A stretch of DNA of 37,134 nucleotides from a virus (IMGVR_UViG_3300037851_001078:1-37134); one strand, 5' to 3'. Positions 7,738 to 16,722 are shown, counted from the first letter of the stretch. The notes: generated from the sequence alone by a model not told the origin. Program-made: numbers and translations.

Positions 7738-8552
7738 TGATTATCGCAGAAATTGGAATCAATCACAACGGAGATGTTGAACTTGCTAAATCAATGATTA
7801 AACTTGCTAAGGAGTCAGGAGCAGATGTTGTTAAGTTTCAGAAAAGAAATCCTGACGTATGCGTTCCAGAACATCAGAAGCAAACAATCAAGGAAACTCC
7901 TTGGGGAAAGATGCCGTATCTTTCATACAAGAAACGAATTGAGTTCGGAAAGAAAGAATTTGACGACATAGATAAATTCTGCAAGTCAATTGACATTGCT
8001 TGGACAGCAAGCGTTTGGGACTTAGATTCTCTCGAATTTATGAAGCAATACGACGTGCCATTCATTAAAATTCCATCCGCATTGATGACAGATTCAATCT
8101 TAGTTGAAGCTGCTTTCAGAAACTTCAAAAAAGTCGTAATTTCTACAGGAATGTCGACAGAAGATGAAATTCATCAGTGCGTCGAAAATCGAAACAACTT
8201 TGTTTTATTACATTGCACTTCAACGTATCCAACAAATCCAGCCGACGAAAATCTTTCTTACATCAAAAGTCTGCAAAAAAATTTCATTCATCGTGCAGAA
8301 ATTGGATATTCTGGACATGAACAAGGAATCGATGCAACAATCGTTGCTTATATTCTTGGATGCAGATGGATAGAACGACATTTCACCTTGTCGAATGACT
8401 TATGGGGAACTGACCAGAAGGCAAGTTTGGAGCCGAAAGACTTCAAACGAATGACAGAGTTGTTCAAGAAGATTGACATTTTGCTTGGAAAAAGCGAAAA
8501 GATAATCTCTCCAGAAGAAGTCTCGATTCGTGAAAAGTTAAGGCCAAAATAG
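7737..8552 (+). CDS. neuB: N-acetylneuraminate/nonulosonate (9-phosphate) synthase, short form lacking the antifreeze-like domain
   Basis: IAEIGINHNG, VKFQ, KIPS, ISTGM, LHCTSTYP, GYSGH and IERHFTL motifs. TGATG coupling to the upstream gene; 271 aa. Confidence 0.92.
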   Translation: MIIAEIGINHNGDVELAKSMIKLAKESGADVVKFQKRNPDVCVPEHQKQTIKETPWGKMPYLSYKKRIEFGKKEFDDIDKFCKSIDIAWTASVWDLDSLEFMKQYDVPFIKIPSALMTDSILVEAAFRNFKKVVISTGMSTEDEIHQCVENRNNFVLLHCTSTYPTNPADENLSYIKSLQKNFIHRAEIGYSGHEQGIDATIVAYILGCRWIERHFTLSNDLWGTDQKASLEPKDFKRMTELFKKIDILLGKSEKIISPEEVSIREKLRPK

Positions 8553-8627
8553 ATTCTACGGTGTATGCTGAAGTAACCAGATGACTTCTGTTACATTCAG
8601 ATTGCTGATTAATGGGATTATATGGTC

Positions 8628-8640
8628 AAAAAAGAAAGAA
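8628..8640 (-). terminator. U-rich terminator of the tail-fibre transcript
   Basis: TTCTTTCTTTTTT on the - strand just after the stop at 8652. Confidence 0.5.
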
Positions 8641-8651
8641 TCTAGAATGTC

Positions 8652-9533
8652 TTACTTGATTTTAATCATCATCACATAAGTTACCCACGGAGGATAGACT
8701 GTTTCAATGTTTGTGCTGATTGAAGAAACGTATGTTCCACCAGTCGATGTACCGCCTGTTGCTGACCATCCAGTATATCCGACGTTGTGAGTGTGAGTCA
8801 AATTTGCAGGATTGTTTTGTTTCTGTCCAGAGTACTTTCCACCTCGAATGAAAAGATTGATTGTCGTCGCAATCAGAGCAGCATTCAAATCTTCGAGTGT
8901 CTTTCCATACATATTCGAATCTGAATCGTAGATTGTCTGACCATTCATTTCAGTCCAACCTTTTTGCATGTTCGTAAAGAAAATTGTATCTAAGTAAAAG
9001 ACGGTATCAATGTACGAATATCTTTCGAATGTGAACTTGATGTATTTGATGTCTTTGTTCTGAATGTATGATTGATTTCCCATCTCTTCAAGTGTGCATC
9101 CGATTGGAGACCATCCAACGATGAACTCTCGAATGTCGATTGATTTTCCTGCCATCAAATCTTTAGTGTTTCCAAATTCAATCTTGAATGATTTCAAGTT
9201 GCTGAGAGTTGCTAAATTTGCCGCATACATCAATGTTCTAAGTCGTCCAAACTTAGTCAAATCTGCTTGATTTGTAAGTTCGAATTGAACTGTTGAAACC
9301 AATCCTGCTGCAGCTGGAAGACTTACTTTCAAAGAATCATAATTGACTTTTGTAACTGTGTCAATCGCAACAGAAGCATTTGTAGTTTCGATTCCAGAAA
9401 TCGAAGTATATTTCTTTGCCTCCAAAGCAGAGTTGTTCATATCAACAGCAACTATCGTGCCAATAGGCACAGGAGTCGTTATTTCAGGAGACCAACTCGG
9501 AATTTGAGTGTTTAATCGTTGTAGCGCTGTCAT
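8652..9533 (-). CDS. Tail-collar-domain fibre protein with an inserted jelly-roll/CBM-like domain
   Basis: PIGTI...[~150-aa insert]...GWTEMNGQ...DLN...FIRG...HTH matches the phage tail collar pattern. Confidence 0.7.
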   Translation of the reverse strand: MTALQRLNTQIPSWSPEITTPVPIGTIVAVDMNNSALEAKKYTSISGIETTNASVAIDTVTKVNYDSLKVSLPAAAGLVSTVQFELTNQADLTKFGRLRTLMYAANLATLSNLKSFKIEFGNTKDLMAGKSIDIREFIVGWSPIGCTLEEMGNQSYIQNKDIKYIKFTFERYSYIDTVFYLDTIFFTNMQKGWTEMNGQTIYDSDSNMYGKTLEDLNAALIATTINLFIRGGKYSGQKQNNPANLTHTHNVGYTGWSATGGTSTGGTYVSSISTNIETVYPPWVTYVMMIKIK

Positions 9534-9545
9534 TGTTCAAACCTC

Positions 9546-12041
9546 TTATAGCTCATCTCCAAAGATGTTCACATTCACTTTTGTTGCAATTGCAAGTTCA
9601 TCTTTGGAAATATCTACGCTGTTACCAGCTGATGCAGTGATTGTTTTTGCATCGAATGATGATATTGAAACTTTATTTTGCGAAGTTGTTTGGTATTGCG
9701 TAGAGCTTTTTACTGAAAACACGCCACCTGAAATATCGAATTTCTGTGTTACGATGTTATCAACTCTCTTTGAAGTAATACTTACGATTGATGCTGAGTT
9801 TGCAATTAAGTCGCAAGTATCTTTGCAGTTACTCATAACTGTTCCAGCAGTTCCTTGAGTGATTGCTGTTCCGGAAATTGATAATGTTTTTGCATCAATT
9901 GTTCCATCAGTTTTCAAAGCTGCGAATGCGAATGAGTTTGTTGTAAGCTCATCGATTCCCCAATCAGTTGCTGTTCCTTGAAGAACTGCTGGTGTTCCGA
10001 ATGTATATCCAGTCGTTCCATCGAAAGTTGCAACAATTCCTGTTATGTTGTTCGCAGCTGAGTTTCTGTATGTAATCAGCAAGTGAGTGTCATCAACTCT
10101 CTTAACTCTTACGTCGTTTGATGAAATACCTGTAACAACATCAATCTCAGCAGTTTGCCAATCGTTTTTCCTGTTTGAGTAGCTTCTTAGTGAAACCTTG
10201 CTGTTTGTTGAATCAGCATAAACCATAACTGAGTACAACTTTCCTGTGTCTTGTAAGCACATCGAAACAGCATTTATTGAAGCACCTGATTTTGCTGTCT
10301 TTGCAAGTAGAAGGTACGGATACAATCTTATCCTTGCACCAGCAGCTGCTGTATCTGAGATAATCGCATTTTCTCCATCTGGGTCAACTGTTAGTGGTCC
10401 TCCAGGATTGTAGTAATTTGCCGATAATCCGCTGATTTTCACAACTTTGTCAATCAATGATGTAGTTGGGTTTGCGAAAATCATATACATCGTATTTGAG
10501 TATTGGTCTGTCAAAATTGTGAATTCGTTATTGATTTTCACGAATTTAGGCCAAGTAAGAAGCACATCAAGGTCTCCATAATCTTGGTCCCATCCTGCGT
10601 TATTTCCATTCTCTTCCCATCTTCTGAATGTAATCAATCTTGTCTTTGCAGGATTGTTTGTTTTGAATGCAAAAACCGCAGCTCCTGAACCAAGTTTTCC
10701 TGAGCCAAGATAGCCATTATCGTAGTATCCTGTTGAATAGTTGACATCTCCTTTCCAGCTCATCGCATTTAAAGAATCAACAACAACTCTGTTGAAGTAC
10801 AAGTATCCTGGAATTGACCAGCTTCCGTTTGGTGTGTAACCATAGTAGTAAGCACCAATTCCTTCACCATGTAATCCACCATTCCATTCAATCTCTGTAG
10901 CTGTGCAATGATTTGGATAGTATGTTCCACCTCCAAGGTTACCACCAGCAACAACTTGAGTGAAGTTTGTTCCAGCAAGTGTGTGTCCTCTGTACTTTAT
11001 GTAGTAGTAGCCGTTTGTTGCAGGTCCGTTGAGAATTGAGTCATTCCAAAATTCTCCCCAGAAATTATCTTTGAGCCTCATAAATCTTCCATTCGTGATT
11101 GAACCGCCGAATGAAACGTTAATCGGAGCCGCAAATCCAACAATATTTCCAGTTACTGACGCTGCGTGAATATTGATTAATCCAGTGTTGTCAGATGGAG
11201 TGTAAAGCATTACGAATGTAGATGAATCAACTCTTCGAATTTGGAACGAAGTGATATTCATGTCGTTCGCAAGAACGTTTTGGATTGGTCCCCATGTCGC
11301 CATTCCGTTTGGTTGAATATCTCCAACAACTGTGTAGATATCGTTTCCAGATGATTGATTTCTGAATGCCATTACGAATTTTGTTTTCGTTAGCTGAGCA
11401 ATCATTGGTTGGTCCATCGTGATTAATGATGGATAGTTAACAGTATCACCAGCTCTTGTCATCACAGCAGCTCCCTCATCAAGGGCGAACTGCATCTTGA
11501 TTGATTCAAGCATGATTGTGTTGTCACTTGCTCCGTATGCAAAGTACTCAGTGTTTGGCTGCATAGTTATTGAAGCAGATGTTCCTGATACTTTTGAGAT
11601 TGTTCTTTCTGAAGAAACTGACATTGTATTGAGGTCAATCAACTTTGTTTTGATAGCATAGTTTGAATCAACAAACAATACTCCTAGCTGAGAAGATGAA
11701 ACTTTTGAAATGGCAACTGATACAGATACTGAATCTGTTAGCTTTGTCAAACTTTCAGGCCTTGTTCCTGCTTCAACAAAGACCTTATCTCCTGTAGACA
11801 TTGTGATGCCTTGCATCGCAACGAATGTCTCTAATTCGTCAATCTTCAACTTATTGAAGATTGTATGTTTGCTCGCAAGTGTTTCGCCGTTTGGAACAAC
11901 GTACACATTTACGAATGCAGCATCTTCGTATAGATTTGTGAAATCCATCGAACTGATAACTGCACTGTTGAGCACTTCTTTTAACTCTTGAAGTCCTGAA
12001 GTCTTATCAAATTGTGCTTGTGCTAGTATCTTCTTTGCCAT
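9546..12041 (-). CDS. Large receptor-binding/tail-spike protein with beta-propeller-like repeats (831 aa)
   Basis: S/T/G-rich, with repeated blade-like units such as IAQLTKTKFVMAFRN, IRRVDSSTFVMLY and VKRVDDTHLLITYRN. It lies after the baseplate genes and starts at AAAATG. Confidence 0.7.
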   Translation of the reverse strand: MAKKILAQAQFDKTSGLQELKEVLNSAVISSMDFTNLYEDAAFVNVYVVPNGETLASKHTIFNKLKIDELETFVAMQGITMSTGDKVFVEAGTRPESLTKLTDSVSVSVAISKVSSSQLGVLFVDSNYAIKTKLIDLNTMSVSSERTISKVSGTSASITMQPNTEYFAYGASDNTIMLESIKMQFALDEGAAVMTRAGDTVNYPSLITMDQPMIAQLTKTKFVMAFRNQSSGNDIYTVVGDIQPNGMATWGPIQNVLANDMNITSFQIRRVDSSTFVMLYTPSDNTGLINIHAASVTGNIVGFAAPINVSFGGSITNGRFMRLKDNFWGEFWNDSILNGPATNGYYYIKYRGHTLAGTNFTQVVAGGNLGGGTYYPNHCTATEIEWNGGLHGEGIGAYYYGYTPNGSWSIPGYLYFNRVVVDSLNAMSWKGDVNYSTGYYDNGYLGSGKLGSGAAVFAFKTNNPAKTRLITFRRWEENGNNAGWDQDYGDLDVLLTWPKFVKINNEFTILTDQYSNTMYMIFANPTTSLIDKVVKISGLSANYYNPGGPLTVDPDGENAIISDTAAAGARIRLYPYLLLAKTAKSGASINAVSMCLQDTGKLYSVMVYADSTNSKVSLRSYSNRKNDWQTAEIDVVTGISSNDVRVKRVDDTHLLITYRNSAANNITGIVATFDGTTGYTFGTPAVLQGTATDWGIDELTTNSFAFAALKTDGTIDAKTLSISGTAITQGTAGTVMSNCKDTCDLIANSASIVSITSKRVDNIVTQKFDISGGVFSVKSSTQYQTTSQNKVSISSFDAKTITASAGNSVDISKDELAIATKVNVNIFGDEL

Positions 12042-12042
12042 T

Positions 12043-12513
12043 TTAGTACCCCAAATACATGAAATTCTCATCAAGGGTTCCTGATGCGTTTGAACCAACT
12101 ATCGCCCTTGTTCGATAATCAGTTACCTCTGTCGGGTCAACGTATGTCACCCCAGCAACGATATGAACCATCGCTATGATGACGTATGCATTGATATCGT
12201 AATCAGGAGGTTGAGCTGTTGTCAATGATTCATCTGCAGGAGTTCCTTGAAGCACAACGAAATCTGTTCCGTTGTATGCAATAAGGTCTCTTCGTCCAAG
12301 AACTGGGTCTGATGGAGCAATAATCACTGTATCAGCCGATGTTGTAGATTCTCCTTCTTGGAATTGCAAGATTCCTGGTGAAATATTGAGTGTCATTGAT
12401 GCAGGGATTGTCGAAACAACACATCCGCTTTTCCAAGCATTGTAGCCATTAATCAATGCTTGATTGACATCTACGTGATATCCGTATGTATTCTTTTTTG
12501 CTATGAAAACCAT
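12043..12513 (-). CDS. Tail fibre/baseplate-associated protein
   Basis: G..V......LNISPG...PSDP..GRRDLI...GTPA...PP......IA.V...D.R pattern seen in viral fibre-anchoring domains; position supports this. Confidence 0.55.
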   Translation of the reverse strand: MVFIAKKNTYGYHVDVNQALINGYNAWKSGCVVSTIPASMTLNISPGILQFQEGESTTSADTVIIAPSDPVLGRRDLIAYNGTDFVVLQGTPADESLTTAQPPDYDINAYVIIAMVHIVAGVTYVDPTEVTDYRTRAIVGSNASGTLDENFMYLGY

Positions 12514-12938
12514 TATGCAGCCACCTCAACTGACCAAACAATCTTCAATTTCTTTCCTGCTTGGTGGTAGTATGTAATATTGACAAGATTTGTGTATATT
12601 CCAGCTGATGCTTCAGTATTTAGTCCGAATCCGTATAGCTGACCTATTGCCTCATTTCCATCAAGAATGAACTCGTGAACTGACTTTCCTGATGGACTTG
12701 TCATTGATGATTGTAATTTTCGTAGAACTTCACTATTCAAAGTTGGAGTAGATGGAGAGTATGAACCTGCACCACCGTCAATTCCGAGGTATTGAGGATA
12801 AACAGAATTGTCACCAGAAATTAGATTTGCATAGACATTTGCACCAGCGATTGTTACGAAGTTCTGCTTGTCAATAACAAGCACTCCTTCCTCGTAAATT
12901 TGGAAACGTCCTTTCAGTTTGAAGTTCTCTCGTATCAT
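12513..12938 (-). CDS. Tail fibre attachment/baseplate protein
   Basis: N.VT..G...YLGI..G......L.SE..RK...EA.G....GL pattern of fibre N-terminal/collar modules; has its own promoter. Confidence 0.55.
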   Translation of the reverse strand: MIRENFKLKGRFQIYEEGVLVIDKQNFVTIAGANVYANLISGDNSVYPQYLGIDGGAGSYSPSTPTLNSEVLRKLQSSMTSPSGKSVHEFILDGNEAIGQLYGFGLNTEASAGIYTNLVNITYYHQAGKKLKIVWSVEVAA

Positions 12939-12954
12939 TTTTATAGTAGTGATT

Positions 12955-12980
12955 TAATTTCTTATATTTATAAACTTATT
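12955..12980 (-). promoter_or_regulatory. Class B (late-type) promoter
   Basis: TAAGTTTATAAATATAAGAAATTAA; TATA at 12967-12974, 29 nt from ATG 12938. Confidence 0.8.
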
Positions 12981-12985
12981 TAACC

Positions 12986-13564
12986 TCAGTATTTGGAGTC
13001 ATCTGCGCCATACTTGAATATTCCGTAGTATCTTCCGCCAACAATTACTGAGATTTGAATTGTGTCAACAAGCGAAAGCAAGTCCTGAATATCAGCACTT
13101 ACATCAAGGAATGCATAAATTCCTGCTGCTTTTGATTTATTGACAATATCGTAAATCGTGTCCGCAAGTTCGAACTCAGTTCCAACTGAGGTTTCGATTA
13201 GTATCTTTCCTGCACCAATGTCAGTTACAGAAATCACCTCAATAGGGAGTCCTGTGAAATTTGAAATGACATTTCGTATATCATCTGAAGTTCCAGATGA
13301 TGCTGATTGAGAAATGTATGATAGAATCCTCGCTCTGAATGCGTTATCAGATTCGCTAATGATTCTTGTCAAGTTGAACAAACTTCCAATATCGTCGAGA
13401 TATTCTCCAGATGCTGTAGAAATCTGAATATTAGTCTTTGTTCCATCTAAGAAATTGATTGCAAGTTTCAACTCTTCGGCAATTGCTCCATTGATAGTCG
13501 ATACATTGTAACCTTCTCTGATGAACTCAGGTAGGTGTCTTGTTATTAGTGGATTGTCTGCCAT
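12986..13564 (-). CDS. Baseplate wedge protein (P2 gpI / Mu gp48-like)
   Basis: TASGEYLDDIG..F.L.R...ESD..FRARI...GT...KAAG; follows baseplate J. Confidence 0.8.
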   Translation of the reverse strand: MADNPLITRHLPEFIREGYNVSTINGAIAEELKLAINFLDGTKTNIQISTASGEYLDDIGSLFNLTRIISESDNAFRARILSYISQSASSGTSDDIRNVISNFTGLPIEVISVTDIGAGKILIETSVGTEFELADTIYDIVNKSKAAGIYAFLDVSADIQDLLSLVDTIQISVIVGGRYYGIFKYGADDSKY

Positions 13565-13566
13565 TT

Positions 13567-15828
13567 TTATATCTGGTTGATGATTATCGTTCCAGCCTTT
13601 GCGATTTCCGATTCAGCAATCACCACAGTTCCTGATGGTGAGGCAATTGTTGTGTAATTCACTCCTTCGATGCTCATAATCACATCAATCAGCTGAGATA
13701 GATAGATGCTTTCTGCGATATCGTATGAGTTAAGCTTTGCAGTTAATGCCTCAACAGCAGCTGCTTGGATTGATGCAAATGAATATCCAGGTAGAAGTTT
13801 GACCGACGCATTGACATTTACGTTTGTCACAACAGGAGTAAGATATGCATACGCTATTCCTGCAGCTTTTGTTTCCTCAATTTTTCCGATAATCTCATCG
13901 TTTTGAGGAGTTGTGAACGTATATGGTCCGCTCACAAATACGTTGATGTGTGCTAGCCATCTGTATTCGTAGTAGATTGTCATCAAATCATTGTTAAGAG
14001 GCAGATTTCCGCTTCCAGTCCATTGAACTTTTGATTCAGTATCAATCGTGAAATCTGTTCCAGGTTTGAACCACTGATAGCAATCAATGCCTGATGAATG
14101 CGATGCAGCTGTTGTTCCTTCACTTCCTCTAATGCAATTTTGAAGGTCATTTCCTGCTTTTCCATTATAGAAGATGATTTCGCTGTCAAGTTTGATGTAT
14201 CCACTTAGTGGAAGCAGTAATGCTGAACCAACAGTGATTGTTGTATCAACATCTGTCAATGTTTCTCCAAGACTTGTCTTATTTACTGTCAAGATAAGAT
14301 TTGTATTCTGTTGAGCAACCTCGTGAACTAACTGATATGAAAGAGTTCCTGTGAAGTATTGATGAACTTCTGTTGTGTTCTTTAGAGGCATATCAACAAC
14401 ATTTACTGAAGTAACGAATGATAGAGACGAAACTGCAGTTTTTATCGCATCTGCTGTCGCTTTTCCAAGACCTGAAGTAGATGTAGTGATTCTTCCTCGC
14501 AATGAATCATCAGTTTCAATGTCCTCACCACCAGTCGCTTCTGGGTAGTTGTAAATCGAAACGATATTTGGAAGAGCTGAAACTTTGTATGTCAGTTTTC
14601 CTGATGCAACGTTGTATGAAACACCGATATTCTCAGCTTGACATATTACCTCAACTGATAGAGGAATGTATGTCAGTTTCATCAAAGTATTGTTATCTGG
14701 TTTTGCTCCATCATCGATGATTTGTAAAATGTCTCCAAAGTAATTTTCGACAGTCCCAAAAATGATGAAGTCCATATTCAAGTCTGTATTTAGAATCGTG
14801 GTTCCAGTTGTGACTGTTTGTATGTCAATTTTGAAGTACTTCATGTTTCCAATTTGCGGAGTACCTTGAGATACTGAAGTCGCAGTATTTAGGAAAAAGT
14901 CGTTCCATCCTTCAACTAAGTCGATTTGATTTAGTGTGAAGATTAAATAGTTGATATTCGAATCTCCGATATGAATGACAATTTTGTTGATAGCAGCAAG
15001 AGCAGCTGGTGAACCAATTCTGAACTTTAGATTTGGAGTTTTGTTTGTAAGGTCAAGACCTGCTGTCAATGTTTTCTGATACGAAGCAGAAGCAGTTGTA
15101 GTTCCAGATTTTCCAAGTGAGAGTGAAGCAGTTCCCTGTCGTTTGTTTACGGTGTCAATCACTGGCGCATCTGCATCAGCTGAATTTATCCAATCTGTAG
15201 TTGCATTGCAGTTGTCAAAAACCTCGATTGACGTTGGTTCAACAATCGCTCCAGAGAACTCTTTGAACTCTTGCCATTTCACGTCCTTAGTAAGATTTGT
15301 AAGAACTCCTCCGATGTATCCTTTTGCATTGCTAATTGAATCATAGAATCTTTGATTTAGTCTGTAGTTATAGATTCCGTCGATGTACAAATGCTCTTCA
15401 TCAGTGATTGTGCCTTTGAATGTAGTATCAGAAACTACGCTGAATCTAAGAGGTTCTGTTTCTCCATCAGGCTGAGTAGAAACAACGTTTCCAGCAGCGA
15501 TAGTAAAGTCGTCGAATGATTGACTGACTCTCATCATTGATACAACACAAGTAGCATTCGAACCTTGTCTTCGTGTTACACCAACTAGTTTTCCAATCTC
15601 ATCAAGGTCTTCTCCTTCAGCAGTTGAAATTCTTGTTGCTTCATAGACATTTCTGATTTGCTGATACAGTCCTTGAAATTCCTCAGATTCCAGTTCAAGT
15701 GAATATGTTTCAATCAGCATTCTGATGATGCTTGATTGATTTAAGTCACTCAAATTCGTGTTTGTTGTGAGTAGTCGTTGAACAATATCATTAACGATGT
15801 CCTCGTATTGTTTTATTTCGAATGCCAT
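13567..15828 (-). CDS. Baseplate J-like wedge protein with two inserted domains
   Basis: TAEGEDLD..G...GVTR, GG.D.ETD..LR.RI and IEGV baseplate J motifs. At 753 aa it is long for the family. Confidence 0.88.
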   Translation of the reverse strand: MAFEIKQYEDIVNDIVQRLLTTNTNLSDLNQSSIIRMLIETYSLELESEEFQGLYQQIRNVYEATRISTAEGEDLDEIGKLVGVTRRQGSNATCVVSMMRVSQSFDDFTIAAGNVVSTQPDGETEPLRFSVVSDTTFKGTITDEEHLYIDGIYNYRLNQRFYDSISNAKGYIGGVLTNLTKDVKWQEFKEFSGAIVEPTSIEVFDNCNATTDWINSADADAPVIDTVNKRQGTASLSLGKSGTTTASASYQKTLTAGLDLTNKTPNLKFRIGSPAALAAINKIVIHIGDSNINYLIFTLNQIDLVEGWNDFFLNTATSVSQGTPQIGNMKYFKIDIQTVTTGTTILNTDLNMDFIIFGTVENYFGDILQIIDDGAKPDNNTLMKLTYIPLSVEVICQAENIGVSYNVASGKLTYKVSALPNIVSIYNYPEATGGEDIETDDSLRGRITTSTSGLGKATADAIKTAVSSLSFVTSVNVVDMPLKNTTEVHQYFTGTLSYQLVHEVAQQNTNLILTVNKTSLGETLTDVDTTITVGSALLLPLSGYIKLDSEIIFYNGKAGNDLQNCIRGSEGTTAASHSSGIDCYQWFKPGTDFTIDTESKVQWTGSGNLPLNNDLMTIYYEYRWLAHINVFVSGPYTFTTPQNDEIIGKIEETKAAGIAYAYLTPVVTNVNVNASVKLLPGYSFASIQAAAVEALTAKLNSYDIAESIYLSQLIDVIMSIEGVNYTTIASPSGTVVIAESEIAKAGTIIINQI

Positions 15829-15830
15829 TT

Positions 15831-16226
15831 TCAAACCTCAAAGTTGACGACCAGGTTCAAAGGTACATCTGAATCGATAGGCGTAACTGTCAGGAAAATC
15901 ACGAGTGTAGGACTTTCATTTATCTGACGATAATCTACACTCAACGAATTGATTTCATCTATTCGTGGTTCTTCTGACAATGCTTGATGTATGAACGAAC
16001 CAGCTGCGTTTAATGTTACGTCATCGAATGTCATTCCAATCAGTTCATAAAGCCGTGAACCGAAATTTACGTGAGTCGCAAGAGTACCTTGTTTTGTCAA
16101 TAATCTTGTCTTGATTGCCTGTAGAAGATTATCAGTCCCGTCGATTTTTGGAATATCGTTAGAAGCATCTATCACAATATCTGCTTCGTCGAAATCCATC
16201 TTTAAATCTGTGCCGTAATCCACCAT
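15831..16226 (-). CDS. Baseplate sheath initiator (gp25/gpW-like)
   Basis: NLLQAIKTRLLT..G....H.NFGSRL..LIG...AL.EEPRI; start 16226 follows the promoter. Confidence 0.85.
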   Translation of the reverse strand: MVDYGTDLKMDFDEADIVIDASNDIPKIDGTDNLLQAIKTRLLTKQGTLATHVNFGSRLYELIGMTFDDVTLNAAGSFIHQALSEEPRIDEINSLSVDYRQINESPTLVIFLTVTPIDSDVPLNLVVNFEV

Positions 16227-16274
16227 TTTTATAGAGAGAATATTTTTTCTTATATTTATAAACTTATTTAAGAG
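16223..16274 (-). promoter_or_regulatory. Class B promoter; 52-bp near-identical copy at 20978-21029
   Basis: TATA at 16255-16262, 29 nt from the ATG; 51/52 identical to 20978-21029. Confidence 0.85.
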
Positions 16275-16301
16275 CAGACATAGATTCAAACGGAGCCCCT
16301 A

Positions 16302-16352
16302 TTTAATCAAAATATATAGGGTAAAAGGTCAAAACTCATACTCCGATGACCT
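16302..16352. repeat. Bipartite repeat, copy 2: B direct (16302-16323) and A inverted (16332-16352)
   Basis: Exact 22-nt and 21-nt matches to 2090-2111 and to the reverse complement of 2072-2092. Confidence 0.9.
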
Positions 16353-16365
16353 CTTTCTTTATAAA

Positions 16366-16722
16366 TCAGTTCACATTGACAAAACTTTGTCCTTCAGAAG
16401 TGATGACAGTATCGTTAGCAGTATTTGATGAACCGACCAATAGCCAGCGTGGAGAACCACCATTAATTTGCCAGTAAGATGGTCCGTAGTTCTCATCATC
16501 GATAGACTGATTTGGATGCGAATGATAGAGTGGAGAACCAAATTCGTCATAGTCGTAAATGTGCGAAGGCGTATTTATTTTGTCTCCAGCAAGAATGATT
16601 GGCTTGCCTTCAATTTGAACGAAAGACGGAGTACTTCCTTTGACTAATGTCGAATTTACAGGACCCTGTAATGTAGAGCCATAATGTTTCGCTTGTCCGT
16701 TTGTAGTTACAGGTCTTGCCAT
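16366..16722 (-). CDS. PAAR-like baseplate spike tip protein
   Basis: Follows the spike gene; V.IEGKPI...GD...H....HSH and V.VN end, as in PAAR-like tips. Confidence 0.6.
   Translation of the reverse strand: MARPVTTNGQAKHYGSTLQGPVNSTLVKGSTPSFVQIEGKPIILAGDKINTPSHIYDYDEFGSPLYHSHPNQSIDDENYGPSYWQINGGSPRWLLVGSSNTANDTVITSEGQSFVNVN

Noticed and set aside
8652-12041. Diversity-generating retroelement or invertase-driven fibre switching
   Set aside because: No reverse transcriptase, recombinase or template/variable repeat pair is visible in the window.
9546-12041. Sialidase activity in the propeller protein, suggested by the neighbouring neuB
   Set aside because: No Asp-box (SxDxGxTW) or RIP motif is seen; adjacency across a convergent junction is not evidence.
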